Shown one piece after another: positions 10,350 through 20,324 of a stretch of 64,000 nucleotides of DNA (positions are counted from its first letter, which is position 1; every line of letters starts with the position of its first letter). The stretch lies in contig CAVPOB010000016.1 of the NCBI GenBank assembly GCA_963706835.1, positions 132,093 to 196,092 on the forward strand, given 5' to 3'. The notes under the pieces were generated by a model. The model was not told the origin of the DNA and did no database searches. It saw only the letters and a program-made list of their open reading frames with translations. The position numbers and the translations under genes were made by a program. Origin of the DNA: an uncultured Actinomycetota bacterium. Its GTDB lineage: Bacteria > Actinomycetota > Actinomycetes > S36-B12 > GCA-2699445.

Positions 10350-11417
10350 TCAGCCCCCACGGCCCTCCGCGCCGGCCAGGAAGTCGTCGATGATCGGCCA
10401 GGTCGTGGTGGCCGCCCGCGGCCCGGTGAGCACACCCATGTGGCCGCCCGGCGCCTCGCGCAGCGTGACCAGATGCTCGGGCACCAGGGTGCCGAGGTGA
10501 TGGGTGGCGGCCTTCGGGGCAAAAATGTTGTCCGCGGTGCCGGCGATGTTCAACACGGGCACGGCCAGGCCCTCCAGCGTCACCTTCCGCCCGCCCCGCA
10601 GCGCCATGGTGCCCTCGCGGAGGTTGGAGGTGCGGATGAAGTTCTCGTAGATCTGCCGGATCGTGCGCCCCGGGTAGGCCTCCATCGCGTCCATCATGGC
10701 GTCGACCGCCTCGATCTGGGCCAGCACTTCGGGGCTGCCGGACTTCTTCACCAGGAAGTAGGGCTTCTTCGCCAACCGGATCGGGTCGGCGAGCTTGAAC
10801 GCCAGGGTGTTGACCCTTCCCGGCACGCCGCCGGTCACCCGGAACACGGTGTGCTCCAGGGTGCCTCCGGTCACCTTGCCCAGCAGTCGGATGGGCTCGA
10901 ACTTGCCCAGGGCGGTGAAGTCCCACGGTGAGGCGATCATGGCGACCGACGCGATCGGCAGGTCGGTGTGCTCGGCAGCAGTGAACGTGGCCAAGATGCC
11001 GCCCAGGCACCAACCCACCAGGTGCACCGGCCGTGCGTCGTTGCGGCGCGAGACCTCCCGGATCGCTGCGGGCAGGATGTCATCGAGCCAGGTGCTCAGA
11101 TCCAGTTCCGCGTGCTGGCGGGTGGAGATCTCGCCGTAGTCGACCAGGTAGGTCGGCCGTCCCTGCAGCATCAGGTGCTCGGCGAGCGAATTGCCGCGCC
11201 GCAGATCCATCGTCGACGACGCGGTATTGACCGGCGGCACCAGCAGGGCCGGCAGCTGCGCCTCGGGTCGACGCTGGTCTGCGGGCACGTAGTGCAGCAC
11301 CGTGGTGTGCGGCTCGTCGAGGACGACCTCCGAGGGGGTTCGCGTCAGGTCTGCCAGGCCACCGCCGACGAGGTGCCTGTAGAGCGTCCGGGCCCGCGCA
11401 ATCACGTCGTCCACCAC
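10350..11417 (-). CDS. class III PHA-synthase (PhaC)-like alpha/beta hydrolase with Cys nucleophile box
   Basis: 355 aa, the size of class III/IV PhaC. Has a G-x-C-x-G-G box (VGWCLGG), VPVLNIAGTADNIFAP (Asp) and APGGHMGVLTG (His), co-linear with my recollection of Allochromatium PhaC (LGICQGG ... PVLNIFALQDHLVPP ... FPGGHIGIYVSG). Confidence 0.65.
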   Translation of the reverse strand: MVDDVIARARTLYRHLVGGGLADLTRTPSEVVLDEPHTTVLHYVPADQRRPEAQLPALLVPPVNTASSTMDLRRGNSLAEHLMLQGRPTYLVDYGEISTRQHAELDLSTWLDDILPAAIREVSRRNDARPVHLVGWCLGGILATFTAAEHTDLPIASVAMIASPWDFTALGKFEPIRLLGKVTGGTLEHTVFRVTGGVPGRVNTLAFKLADPIRLAKKPYFLVKKSGSPEVLAQIEAVDAMMDAMEAYPGRTIRQIYENFIRTSNLREGTMALRGGRKVTLEGLAVPVLNIAGTADNIFAPKAATHHLGTLVPEHLVTLREAPGGHMGVLTGPRAATTTWPIIDDFLAGAEGRGG

Positions 11418-11577
11418 GCCCGCCGGCAGCCGGGGCAGGTCGGTGGGCGGGCCAGTACCCGGTCCGGCCGGCGGTCCGGGCTCCTGGATCGTGAGCGCAC
11501 CCTAACCAGTCCCCGGCCGCGACGCGACGCTGACAGCGGGGTGTCCGGCGTCGCGGGTCGGTAGCCTGGCGCCCACC

Positions 11578-12387
11578 ATGACAGACGCACCGATCGGCAT
11601 CTTCGACTCCGGCGTCGGCGGCCTCACGGTGGCCCGCGCGATCCTGGACCAGCTGCCCAACGAGCCGCTGGTCTACATCGGCGACACCGCGCGCGGCCCG
11701 TACGGCCCCAAGCCGATCGCACAGGTGCGCGGCTATGCCCTCGACATCATGGATCACCTCGTCGAGCGGGGGGTGAAGATGCTCGTCATCGCCTGCAACT
11801 CCGCCAGCGCCGCCGTGCTGCGCGATGCCCGGGAGCGCTACCACGGCATCCCGCTGGTCGAGGTCATCTATCCCGCGGTGCGACGCGCGGTCCGCGCGAC
11901 GCGCAACGATCGCGTCGGCGTGATCGGCACTCGGGCCACCATCACCTCCCGCGCCTACGACGACGCCTTCGCCGCGGCCACGCATCTGCGCATCCACAGC
12001 GCCGCGTGCCCGCGGTTCGTCGAGTTCGTCGAGGCGGGCATCACCAGCGGGCCGGAGTTGCTGGAGGTGGCCCGCAGCTACCTCAAGCCGCTGGTCGCCG
12101 CGGATGTGGACACGCTGGTGCTCGGCTGCACGCACTATCCGCTGCTGACCGGCGTGCTCTCCTACGTCATGGGCGAGGGCGTCACCCTGGTCAGCAGCGC
12201 CGAGGAGACCGGCAAGGACGTCTACCGGACGCTGCTGGAGTTCGGCCTGCTGCGCGGCCCCGACCTTCCCCCGCCGCGGCATCACTTCCTCGCGACGGGC
12301 GATCCGGACTCGTTCGCGGCGCTCGGTCGACGCTTCCTCGGCCCCGAGATCGTGACGGTCGAGCCGGCCCGCGGCGTGGCCAGCTGA
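11578..12387 (+). CDS. murI: glutamate racemase
   Basis: [23 protein letters not shown] and [11 protein letters not shown] motifs; 269 aa. Confidence 0.92.
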   Translation: MTDAPIGIFDSGVGGLTVARAILDQLPNEPLVYIGDTARGPYGPKPIAQVRGYALDIMDHLVERGVKMLVIACNSASAAVLRDARERYHGIPLVEVIYPAVRRAVRATRNDRVGVIGTRATITSRAYDDAFAAATHLRIHSAACPRFVEFVEAGITSGPELLEVARSYLKPLVAADVDTLVLGCTHYPLLTGVLSYVMGEGVTLVSSAEETGKDVYRTLLEFGLLRGPDLPPPRHHFLATGDPDSFAALGRRFLGPEIVTVEPARGVAS

Positions 12388-12472
12388 TCGTCGGCGCCTG
12401 CTGCAGTTGCGGTGGTCACACGCCGGGCCGCCGTGGTCGTGGCGCGGGCGTTCGCTGGTCTACGCTCGCTGT

Positions 12473-13218
12473 GTGGAACTCGTCGTCGTTGGCTGTTCCG
12501 GATCGTTTCCCGGGCCCGGATTCGCCCGCCTCGTGCTACCTGCTGGAGCATGAGGGCACCCGGATCCTGCTGGACATGGGCAATGGCTCGCTCGGCTCGC
12601 TGGCCCGCTTCGTCGACATCTACGACATCGACGCGGTGCTCGTCAGCCACCTGCACGTCGATCACTTCATCGACCTGTGCTCCTACTACGTCGCCCTGCG
12701 CTATCGGCCCGCCGGCAGCATGGGGCCCGTCGCCGTGTGGGGCCCTTCCGATACCGGGCGTCGACTGGTTGCTGCCTACGGGTTGCGCGGGGATGAGACC
12801 GTGACCGGGGAGTTCGAGATCCGGGACATGGAACCGCAGTTCTCGGTCGGTCCCTTCACGGTCAGCACCACCAGGGTGGTCCATCCGGTGGAGGCATACG
12901 GCATCCGCGTCGAGGCTGGTGGCCGCGTTCTGGCCTATTCCGGGGACACCGGGCCCACCGACCGCCTCGTGGACCTCGCGCGCGACGCCGATGTCGCGCT
13001 GTTCGAGGCGTCGTTCCTGGAGGCGGCCCAACAACCCGATCGACCTGCATCTGACGGCCCAGCAGGCCGCCGAGCACGCGGCCCGAGCCGGCGCAGACCG
13101 GCTCGTGCTGACGCATCTGGTGCCATGGAACGACCGGGAGCTCACGCGGGAGCAGGCCGATGGGCATTTCCCGGGCGAGATCACGCTGGCCAGCACCGGC
13201 CTGCGCATGACGGTCTAG
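12473..13218 (+). pseudogene. MBL-fold metallo-hydrolase (Rv1339-like), two frameshifts (about 12505-12520 and 13021-13035)
   Basis: [15 protein letters not shown] (GTG 12473, frame 2), then [24 protein letters not shown] ... [12 protein letters not shown] ... ALFEASFLE (frame 3), then [33 protein letters not shown] ... (frame 1, ORF 12919-13218). Confidence 0.8.
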
Positions 13219-13226
13219 GGGGGACC

Positions 13227-13959
13227 ATGACGCGATCCGACGGCCGGCAGGCCGATGAGCTGCGACCCGTCGCCTTCGAGCGAGGCTGGCTGGACCACGC
13301 CGAAGGCTCGGTGCTGGTGAGCTTCGGCAGGACCCGTGTGCTGTGCGCGGCATCCTTCACACCGGGTGTCCCGCGCTGGCGCCGCGATTCCGGATTGGGA
13401 TGGGTCACCGCCGAATACGCGATGCTGCCTCGGGCCACGCACACCCGGTCCGACCGGGAGTCGGTGCGGGGCCGGATCGGTGGCAGGACGCACGAGATCA
13501 GCCGGCTGATCGGACGCTCGCTGCGGGCGGTCGTGGACGACCGGCAGCTGGGTGAGAACACCATCGCCGTGGACTGCGATGTGCTGCAGGCCGACGGCGG
13601 GACCCGGACCGCGGCGATCACCGGCGCGTATCGTCGCCCTCGCCGACGCCGTGGCCACCGGGCAGCGCCGCGGTCTGATCCCCGACCGGGCGCAGGTGCT
13701 CACCGACTCGGTGGCGGCCGTGAGTGTCGGCATCGTGGCCGGCGAGCCGCGACTGGACCTGCACTACGACGATGATGTCGCCGCCGAGGTCGACATGAAC
13801 GTCGTGATGACTGGGGATGGGCGCTACGTCGAGGTGCAGGGGACGGCCGAGGGGGACCCGTTCGACCGCGCCCTGCTCGACGGTTTGCTCGACCTGGCAG
13901 CCAGCGGCTGCGGGCGGCTGCGGGACTTGCAGACGGCGGCGCTGGAGTCCCAGCGATGA
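13227..13959 (+). pseudogene. rph: ribonuclease PH, one frameshift near 13631
   Basis: [15 protein letters not shown] ... [22 protein letters not shown] ... [20 protein letters not shown] is followed in another frame (ORF 13552-13959) by VALADAV ... AAVSVGIV ... [20 protein letters not shown]. One extra C in GCGTATCGTCGCC. Confidence 0.9.
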
Positions 13960-14576
13960 CGCGCCGCATCGTGCTGGCGACCCGCAACGCCGGCAAGATC
14001 GCCGAGCTGCAACGCATCCTCGCCGACGCCGCACTCGATGTCGCATTGGCCGGAACCGAGGCGTTCGCCGACCTGCCCGATGTTGCCGAAACCGGCACGA
14101 CGTTCGCGGCGAACGCGCTGTTGAAAGCGCGGGCGGTGGCCGAGCACACCGGGCTGCCCGCGGTCGCCGATGATTCTGGGCTGTGTGTGGACGCGCTGAA
14201 CGGGATGCCGGGCATCTTCTCTGCGCGCTGGGCGGGCCGTCACGGCGACGATCAGGCCAATCTCGATCTCGTCCTGGGGCAGTTGTCGGACGTATCGGAC
14301 GAGCGCCGCGGGGCCCGCTTCGTGTGCGCAGCTGCGGCTGTGCTGCCGCAGGGCGGGGAGCGAGTCGTGGAGGGAGAACTGGCCGGAACCCTGCTGCGGG
14401 AGCGCCGCGGCAGGAACGGATTCGGCTACGATCCCATCTTCGTGCCCCATGGCGAGCAGCGGACGACGGCGCAGATGTCGGCTGCGGAGAAGGACGCGAT
14501 CAGCCACCGCGGGCAGGCCTTCCGCGCACTGGTGCCGCAGTTGGCCGACCTGCTGGGCGCCGAGGTCACGGCTTGA
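13956..14576 (+). CDS. rdgB: non-canonical purine NTP pyrophosphatase (RdgB/HAM1 family)
   Basis: [15 protein letters not shown] ... [24 protein letters not shown] ... GFGYDPIF ... ISHRGQA; 206 aa. ATGA overlap with rph. Confidence 0.9.
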   Translation: MTRRIVLATRNAGKIAELQRILADAALDVALAGTEAFADLPDVAETGTTFAANALLKARAVAEHTGLPAVADDSGLCVDALNGMPGIFSARWAGRHGDDQANLDLVLGQLSDVSDERRGARFVCAAAAVLPQGGERVVEGELAGTLLRERRGRNGFGYDPIFVPHGEQRTTAQMSAAEKDAISHRGQAFRALVPQLADLLGAEVTA

Positions 14577-15762
14577 CGTAGCGGGAGGCCGCGATCGCGC
14601 GCCGCCGGGAATCCACCAGCAGCGCGGCGGCCAGTCCGGTCGTGATGGGAACGGCGGCGATGATGCCCAGGCCGCCCACCATCGATCGCAGGATCTCCGC
14701 GGCGATCGCTTCGCTGTTGATGGACTGCAGCATGGGCGCATCGGACAGCGTGATGAGGAGGAACAGCGGCAAGGCGGCACCGACATAGGCCAGCACGAGG
14801 GTGTTGACGACGGCGGCCACGTGGTCGCGCCCCACGCGCATTCCCGCAGCCCACAGTGAGCGCAGCGAGACCCGTTCATCGGCGCCGTAGACCTCCCAGA
14901 CGGTGGCCGCCTGCGTGACCGTGACGTCGTCCAGCACACCGAGGGCGCCGATCACCAGCCCAGCCAGCAGCAGCCCGCGCAGGTCGAGCACGTTGCCCGA
15001 AACGGCGTACAGATAGGCGGCGTCGTCGGTGGCCACACCAGTGAAGTTCATGATGCCGGTGAACAGTCCGCCCAACAGCGTCGTGATGATGAGTGCCACC
15101 AGCGTGCCGATCAGGGCGACCCCGGTCCTCACGTTGAAGCCGTGCGCCAGACCCATCGACACGATCGCGATCGCCGAGGCGCCGATGGCGGCCACGACAA
15201 CCGGCGGTCGCCCCTCGAGCAGGGCCGGCAAGACGTAGATCGCCAGGATCAGCATGGATGCGGCCAGGCCGATCAGGGCGCTGACGCCCTTCCATCTCGC
15301 CAGCACCACCACCGCAGCCGCGAACAGCAGCGATAGCACCAGCAGCGGCAGCGTGCGGTCCACGTCGGCGAGCGCATAGGCAGGGTCGGTGCCCTCCGGC
15401 AGCGGCTGCAGATACACGCGCGTGCCGGGATCGAGCTCCGGCGACGTCGGGCCGACAGTGAGATTCAGGGAGACGGTCGAGGCCTCATCCGCGCCCTCAT
15501 CGATGCTGATTACTGCCACCGCGCAGGTCTCGTCGGCGTTGTCGCACGGCTCGACGGTCTGCACCGTGCCCCGGACGAAGTCGCCGACCTCGATGACCGG
15601 CAGCGCCCCGCGGTCCGGCCAGGTGACCACCATGCCGATGATCGTGAGCGCCACCAGCGGAGCCAGGGCGTACACGACGATCCGCTTCAGGCCCTGCGGC
15701 GCCTCGAAACCTCCGCCGCGGTCATGACTATGGCTATGGCCGGCGCCCATGTGATCTTGCAT
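14566..15762 (-). CDS. YibE/F-family integral membrane protein
   Basis: His-rich N-terminus MQDHMGAGHSHSHD, an extracytoplasmic loop, then multiple TM helices. Real start chosen inside the long ORF 14566-16344 (alternative ATG at 15750). Confidence 0.75.
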   Translation of the reverse strand: MQDHMGAGHSHSHDRGGGFEAPQGLKRIVVYALAPLVALTIIGMVVTWPDRGALPVIEVGDFVRGTVQTVEPCDNADETCAVAVISIDEGADEASTVSLNLTVGPTSPELDPGTRVYLQPLPEGTDPAYALADVDRTLPLLVLSLLFAAAVVVLARWKGVSALIGLAASMLILAIYVLPALLEGRPPVVVAAIGASAIAIVSMGLAHGFNVRTGVALIGTLVALIITTLLGGLFTGIMNFTGVATDDAAYLYAVSGNVLDLRGLLLAGLVIGALGVLDDVTVTQAATVWEVYGADERVSLRSLWAAGMRVGRDHVAAVVNTLVLAYVGAALPLFLLITLSDAPMLQSINSEAIAAEILRSMVGGLGIIAAVPITTGLAAALLVDSRRRAIAASRYVKP

Positions 15763-15780
15763 ACCCGTTCTGCCCCCGCG

Positions 15781-16575
15781 ATGGGCTATCACAGCCCAGG
15801 AAACAGCATCGATAGCGTGGCAGGTGTGGACATCGCTGCCGTCGCTGATGAGGTCCGCGCGGGTCTGCGTTCGGCGGCCGACCCGGAGCGGGCAGTCCAG
15901 CATCGCCGGTATCTGCGGTCCTCTGCCGAGCACTGGGGCGTCCCGGTGCCGGCCGCTCGCAAGGCCATCCGCACCGCAGGACGAACCATGGGCCCCGACG
16001 ATCTGATCGGGCTCGTAGAGCAGTTGTGGGCTTCGGGAGTCTTCGACCAGCGGCTGGCGGCGGCGCTGCTGCTGGATCGCCACGCCCGGGTAATCCGCGC
16101 AACCGATCTGCCCTGGCTGACCAGCCTCATCCGCGACGCGGGTACCTGGGCCCTGGTGGATCTGCTGGTGCCGCGGCCGTTGGCGGCAGCCGATGCAGAC
16201 GATCCGGTGAAGACCACGGAAGTGCTGGACGGCTGGTCGCGGGACGAGGACTTCTGGTTGCGGCGAGCAGCGATCCTGGCGCACCTGGTGGGTCTGAGGG
16301 CGGGGGCCGGGGACTGGGAGCGCTTCGCCCGGTACGCCGATCAACTGCTGGCAGACCGCGAGTTCTTCGTGCGCAAGGCGATTGGCTGGGTGCTACGGGA
16401 TGCCGGGCGGAGGGATCCGAAGCGGGTGGCTGCTTGGGTGGCCGCTCGCACGGATCGGATCAGCGCAGTGGCATTGCGGGAAGCGGTGAAGCCACTGGAT
16501 CAGGCAACGGCCAGTGCGCTTCGGGCGGCACACGCGGAGGGTGAACCGGCGACGCTCACACCGGGACCGCGGTGA
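15781..16575 (+). CDS. DNA alkylation repair protein (AlkD-like HEAT-repeat)
   Basis: ...RAVQHRRYLRSSAEHWGVPVP ... LWASGVFDQRLAAALLL ... DFWLRRAAILA ... EFFVRKAIGWVLRD pattern. Start uncertain (ATG 15781 or GTG 15818/15827). Confidence 0.7.
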   Translation: MGYHSPGNSIDSVAGVDIAAVADEVRAGLRSAADPERAVQHRRYLRSSAEHWGVPVPAARKAIRTAGRTMGPDDLIGLVEQLWASGVFDQRLAAALLLDRHARVIRATDLPWLTSLIRDAGTWALVDLLVPRPLAAADADDPVKTTEVLDGWSRDEDFWLRRAAILAHLVGLRAGAGDWERFARYADQLLADREFFVRKAIGWVLRDAGRRDPKRVAAWVAARTDRISAVALREAVKPLDQATASALRAAHAEGEPATLTPGPR

Positions 16576-17206
16576 GGACCACGTTGTCGAGGTACCCGCC
16601 CTGCTCCTTGATGTAGGCGCCGCCGCACGAGATCACGATCAGACGCGGGGGGCCGCTGCGCTCGAAGAGGTCGGCCAGTGGGACGACCTGCTTGGAGATG
16701 CTCTCATTGCGTTCCACGCGGTAGGTGTGGGGAACGCCCTCGGCGTCGGCCACGACGATGGTGGAACCCACCGCGACGGTAGGCAGGTCGAACAATGCGC
16801 CCTTGACGCCGACGCCGTCGCGATGGCCCATCAGCACGACGGAGCCCTCGCCGTCGCCGGGCGCCGACCCGAACTCGTACCAGCCCACGCGCGACACGTC
16901 CTGCGGGACCTCGGCCTGGCCATCGGCGGTCACGCCGACCGGCTGCACCTCGATGCTGCCCAGCCCGGGGATGTCGGCACGGACGGGGTCGGCGCCATCG
17001 ACCGGTTGCGGCACCACCCGAATGGCTGCGGGGTCGGGACTGGAGCCGGTCGCAGGGCTCGCAGGCGGTGGGGCGAACTGGACCTCGACTCGTTCGGAGA
17101 CCGGGACCGGCGGGTTCGACGGCTGATCGCCAGCAAGCCCCGCCGCGCATCCGGTGAACACCAGAGAGGCCGCGATGGCCGACCCGATGAGGAATCGACG
17201 CATCAC
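16556..17206 (-). CDS. class F sortase (lipoprotein-type signal)
   Basis: The N-terminal peptide has a lipobox-like LVFTGCAA. Catalytic-domain motifs include VVLMGHRD and LIVISCGG (Cys) near the C-terminus. Lies directly downstream of the DUF4397 gene. Confidence 0.85.
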   Translation of the reverse strand: MMRRFLIGSAIAASLVFTGCAAGLAGDQPSNPPVPVSERVEVQFAPPPASPATGSSPDPAAIRVVPQPVDGADPVRADIPGLGSIEVQPVGVTADGQAEVPQDVSRVGWYEFGSAPGDGEGSVVLMGHRDGVGVKGALFDLPTVAVGSTIVVADAEGVPHTYRVERNESISKQVVPLADLFERSGPPRLIVISCGGAYIKEQGGYLDNVVLTAVPV

Positions 17207-17235
17207 GGCCTCCAGGATTGGTGGGGAAGGGACGA

Positions 17236-18057
17236 TCAGGCCTTGGTGGCGGCCATGCGGCGGGTCGCCATGGCAGCACCGAGCAGGACGGCAGCGCCGA
17301 TGCCCAGGGCGAGCGTGGAGTTGCCGGTGGATCCGGCCAGGCTGCCGTCTCCGGCCGGGACGCCGGACGGCGCGCTGTGCATGCCCTCGATGACCTGCAC
17401 GGCGAGAGCCAGGCTCTCGCCCTCAGCCGAGCCCCAGGCGTACACGATGGTGTTGGCGCCTTCCTTCACCTCGACATCGGCCGGGCCGAGGGCGACGGTG
17501 GTCGTGCCGGCGAGCACGACATCGGCCGACAAGGTGCCGGCGGGCAGATCCGCCGTGGCCTCGTTCGGGTTGGTGAGGTTGCTGAAGGCCACGTCACCGT
17601 TGGCGCGCACATCGACGGCCGGAGCCGCTGCGATGTGGCGCACGGTCAGCCGACCCTGACCCGCGGCGACCATGCTGGTGTCGTTGACGAACACATTCAG
17701 GGTCGGATCCCCAGCCTCGGTGAGGTTGGCCGTGACGGTGGCATTGGCGCCGGCCGGAACGGCGGTGCCGGGGGCCTCCAGCACGGCCGTGCCGCTGCCG
17801 GGGGCCTCGCCGTCGGCGTAGACGGCCAGATCGTAGGTGCCGGCCGGTACCTCGAGGGTCTCCAGCGTGCCGGGGGTGAAGTTGTCGATGAGCAGCGTCT
17901 CGCCGGCGTACACGTCGACGACATCGGCTCCGGCGCCGGCCGGGATGCCGTGCAGGACCGAGACGGTGGCCTCATCGGCGGCGTTGGCGGGCAGCGCCAT
18001 CGCCAGGACGGGCAGGGAGGCGGCCGCGCCGGCCGCGGCAACTCGCTGGAGCTTCAT
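17236..18057 (-). CDS. DUF4397 domain-containing secreted protein with C-terminal cell-wall-sorting-like signal
   Basis: ATG 18057 with AAAGGAA upstream. Signal peptide MKLQRVAAAGAAASLPVLAMALPANA, then repeated DUF4397-like segments (VSVLHGIP..., LTVRHIAAAP...). C-terminus is ...GSLAGSTGNSTLALGIGAAVLLGAAMATRRMAATKA (hydrophobic span plus basic tail). Confidence 0.75.
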   Translation of the reverse strand: MKLQRVAAAGAAASLPVLAMALPANAADEATVSVLHGIPAGAGADVVDVYAGETLLIDNFTPGTLETLEVPAGTYDLAVYADGEAPGSGTAVLEAPGTAVPAGANATVTANLTEAGDPTLNVFVNDTSMVAAGQGRLTVRHIAAAPAVDVRANGDVAFSNLTNPNEATADLPAGTLSADVVLAGTTTVALGPADVEVKEGANTIVYAWGSAEGESLALAVQVIEGMHSAPSGVPAGDGSLAGSTGNSTLALGIGAAVLLGAAMATRRMAATKA

Positions 18058-18238
18058 GGTGTTCCTTTCAACAGGATGTGCGGTACACCCATAACTTCCG
18101 CCCCAGTGCTCGGGATGGATGCACGGTCGGCAAGAAAGTTGTGCAGAAGTTGGGCGTAGTGGTTCGGCCCAGCAACGGGTGCGCCGCTCTCGCGAGCGCT
18201 CGCGCCATGCCGCGTTCGGATCTAGGCTGAGGCACAGC

Positions 18239-20077
18239 ATGGCCCAGGGAGGCGCTGTGGAACCCCTCGAAGTACTGGCCGAGAGGCTCGACGGACTGCT
18301 CGCCGATATTGATGCCGCCGAGCAGGACCGGGCGGAGGCGATCGCGGCCGTCGCCCCCGAGCACCGCCTCGGTGCGGCCAATCTGGTCCACTACACCGCG
18401 CTGCGGCGGCGGGACCTACGGGACCTGCAGAATGACCTGTTGGATATCGGCGCCACGTCGCTGGCCACGACGGAGGCGGACGTCCGCGCCAAGATCCGCG
18501 CGGCGCGCAACGTTGTCGGTGCCTTGGCCGGCGAGCAGCGCACCTGGGACATCGAGGCCATCAATGCGGCCATCGATCAGGGCGATGAAGTCCTGGAGTA
18601 CAACGTCCTGCAGACCCTGGGCCCGCTGCGGGAGGGCGGCACGACCCGCATCATGGTCACCCTGCCCAGCGAGGCCGCCACCGACCCGGGACTCGTAGCG
18701 GCAGCAGTCGCCGCGGGCATGGACATCGCACGCATCAACTGTGCTCACGACGACCCCGAGGCGTGGGCCGCCATGGCCGCCCACGTCCGCGCGGCCGCCG
18801 CTGCAGCGGGTCGTCCGGTGCTGGTGTCCATGGACGTGCCGGGGCCGAAACTGCGCACCGGGCCGATCGCAGATGGACCGCCGGTGGGGCGGGCCCGTGT
18901 GACCCGCAACGACATCGGCGCGGTGATCGCACCGGCCCGGATCTGGTTGACCGACGAAACCGCGCCGACCGAGCCCCCGGATGCCCCGCAGCCGGCGAAG
19001 CGCCCCACTCTGGCGGTGCCCGTAGCGGCGGCGTGGTTGTCGCGGCGCTCAGTCGGCGACCCGATCGCGTTGATTGATGCGCGCGGCCGCAAGCGGCGCT
19101 ACACCGTCGTGAGGGTGAGCAGTGGAGGCATCCTGGCCGAGGGTGAGCGCAATGCCTTCATCGCCGACGGAACGCTCATCTGGTCGGACGACGACACCAC
19201 GGCCGTTCGCGGCATGCCCCCGGTGCCGCAGCGGCTCTCCCTGTACCCCGGAGATGCGCTCGTCCTCACCAGCGACCTCACTGCGGTGGACCTCCCCGAA
19301 CCGGGCGAGGTTGCCCGTATCGGATGCACGCTGCCGGAGGCCATCGCCGCCATGCGCGTCGGCGACACCGTCCTGATCGATGACGGCGCCATCCTGGCGC
19401 GGGTCGCCACGGTCGCCCCGGACGAGGTCACGCTCACCGTGGAGCACACCAAGCCCGGTGGGCAGCGACTCGGCGCCGAGAAGGGCATCAACCTGCCCGA
19501 CACCGACCTGCCGCTGCCGGCCCTGACCGATGAGGACGAGCAGTTGCTGCCCTTCATCGCCGAACATGCCGACCTCGTTGCGGTGTCCTTCATCCGGCAC
19601 GCCGACGATGTGCAGCAGATTCTTGCTGCGATGGTCGCGGCGGGTGGTGCCGACCTCGGACTGATCCTGAAGATCGAGACCCGGCAGGGATTCGAGAACC
19701 TCCCTTCGATCCTGTTGGAAGGGATGCGCCACCAGAAGATCGGCGTGATGATCGCGCGCGGCGACCTTGCGGTGGAGGTGGGTTTCGAGCGGCTCTCGGA
19801 GGTGCCGCGGCAGATCCTCGCGCTGTGCGAGGCGGGCCACATCCCGACCATCTGGGCCACGCAGGTGCTGGAATCGCTGGCCAAGACCGGTCAACCCTCG
19901 CGCGCCGAGATCACCGATGCCGCAGCCGGGCAGCGGGCCGACTGCGTCATGCTCAACAAGGGGCCGCACATCGTGCATGCGATCCAGACGCTGGACGACA
20001 TCGTGAACCGGATGGCCGAGGTGCAGATCAAGAGCCGCACCCTGATGCGCCGCATCCGTTCCTGGGACGAGCAGTGA
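18239..20077 (+). CDS. pyruvate kinase-family protein, atypical long form (~612 aa)
   Basis: PK barrel motifs TRIMVTLPSEA, MDIARINCAHD, VSMDVPGPKLRTG, ILKIETRQGFENL, MIARGDLAVEVG and IWATQVLESL, plus a ~130-aa N-terminal extension and a ~200-aa insert. Start ATG 18239 inside ORF 18119-20077. Confidence 0.75.
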   Translation: MAQGGAVEPLEVLAERLDGLLADIDAAEQDRAEAIAAVAPEHRLGAANLVHYTALRRRDLRDLQNDLLDIGATSLATTEADVRAKIRAARNVVGALAGEQRTWDIEAINAAIDQGDEVLEYNVLQTLGPLREGGTTRIMVTLPSEAATDPGLVAAAVAAGMDIARINCAHDDPEAWAAMAAHVRAAAAAAGRPVLVSMDVPGPKLRTGPIADGPPVGRARVTRNDIGAVIAPARIWLTDETAPTEPPDAPQPAKRPTLAVPVAAAWLSRRSVGDPIALIDARGRKRRYTVVRVSSGGILAEGERNAFIADGTLIWSDDDTTAVRGMPPVPQRLSLYPGDALVLTSDLTAVDLPEPGEVARIGCTLPEAIAAMRVGDTVLIDDGAILARVATVAPDEVTLTVEHTKPGGQRLGAEKGINLPDTDLPLPALTDEDEQLLPFIAEHADLVAVSFIRHADDVQQILAAMVAAGGADLGLILKIETRQGFENLPSILLEGMRHQKIGVMIARGDLAVEVGFERLSEVPRQILALCEAGHIPTIWATQVLESLAKTGQPSRAEITDAAAGQRADCVMLNKGPHIVHAIQTLDDIVNRMAEVQIKSRTLMRRIRSWDEQ

Positions 20078-20324
20078 CGTGGTGACCTGAGGCATCAGCG
20101 CTGCAGGCCAGGCCCGCCGGGAGGCGACAGCCCGAGCGCCGGTCACCGCCGCCCGATGGTCCGTACCGCCTCCGCCGGGTCTCGAATGGCCGGCGGCGCA
20201 CGTCTGGCCTGCGAAGTTGCCGGGAAGCCTCACGGATTTTGCCATGCCAGGACGGCTGAGCGTGCGTCTGGCGGACCATCGCCACAGAAATGCGCCTTCG
20301 CGGCAGATTCGGCCGCATGCAGCG

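Noticed and set aside
12006-13775. A single 589-aa ORF spanning the murI 3' end, the MBL hydrolase and rph.
   Set aside because: It is a composite. It is out of frame over murI, and in frame for parts of the MBL-hydrolase and rph genes only because of frameshifts. It is not one protein.
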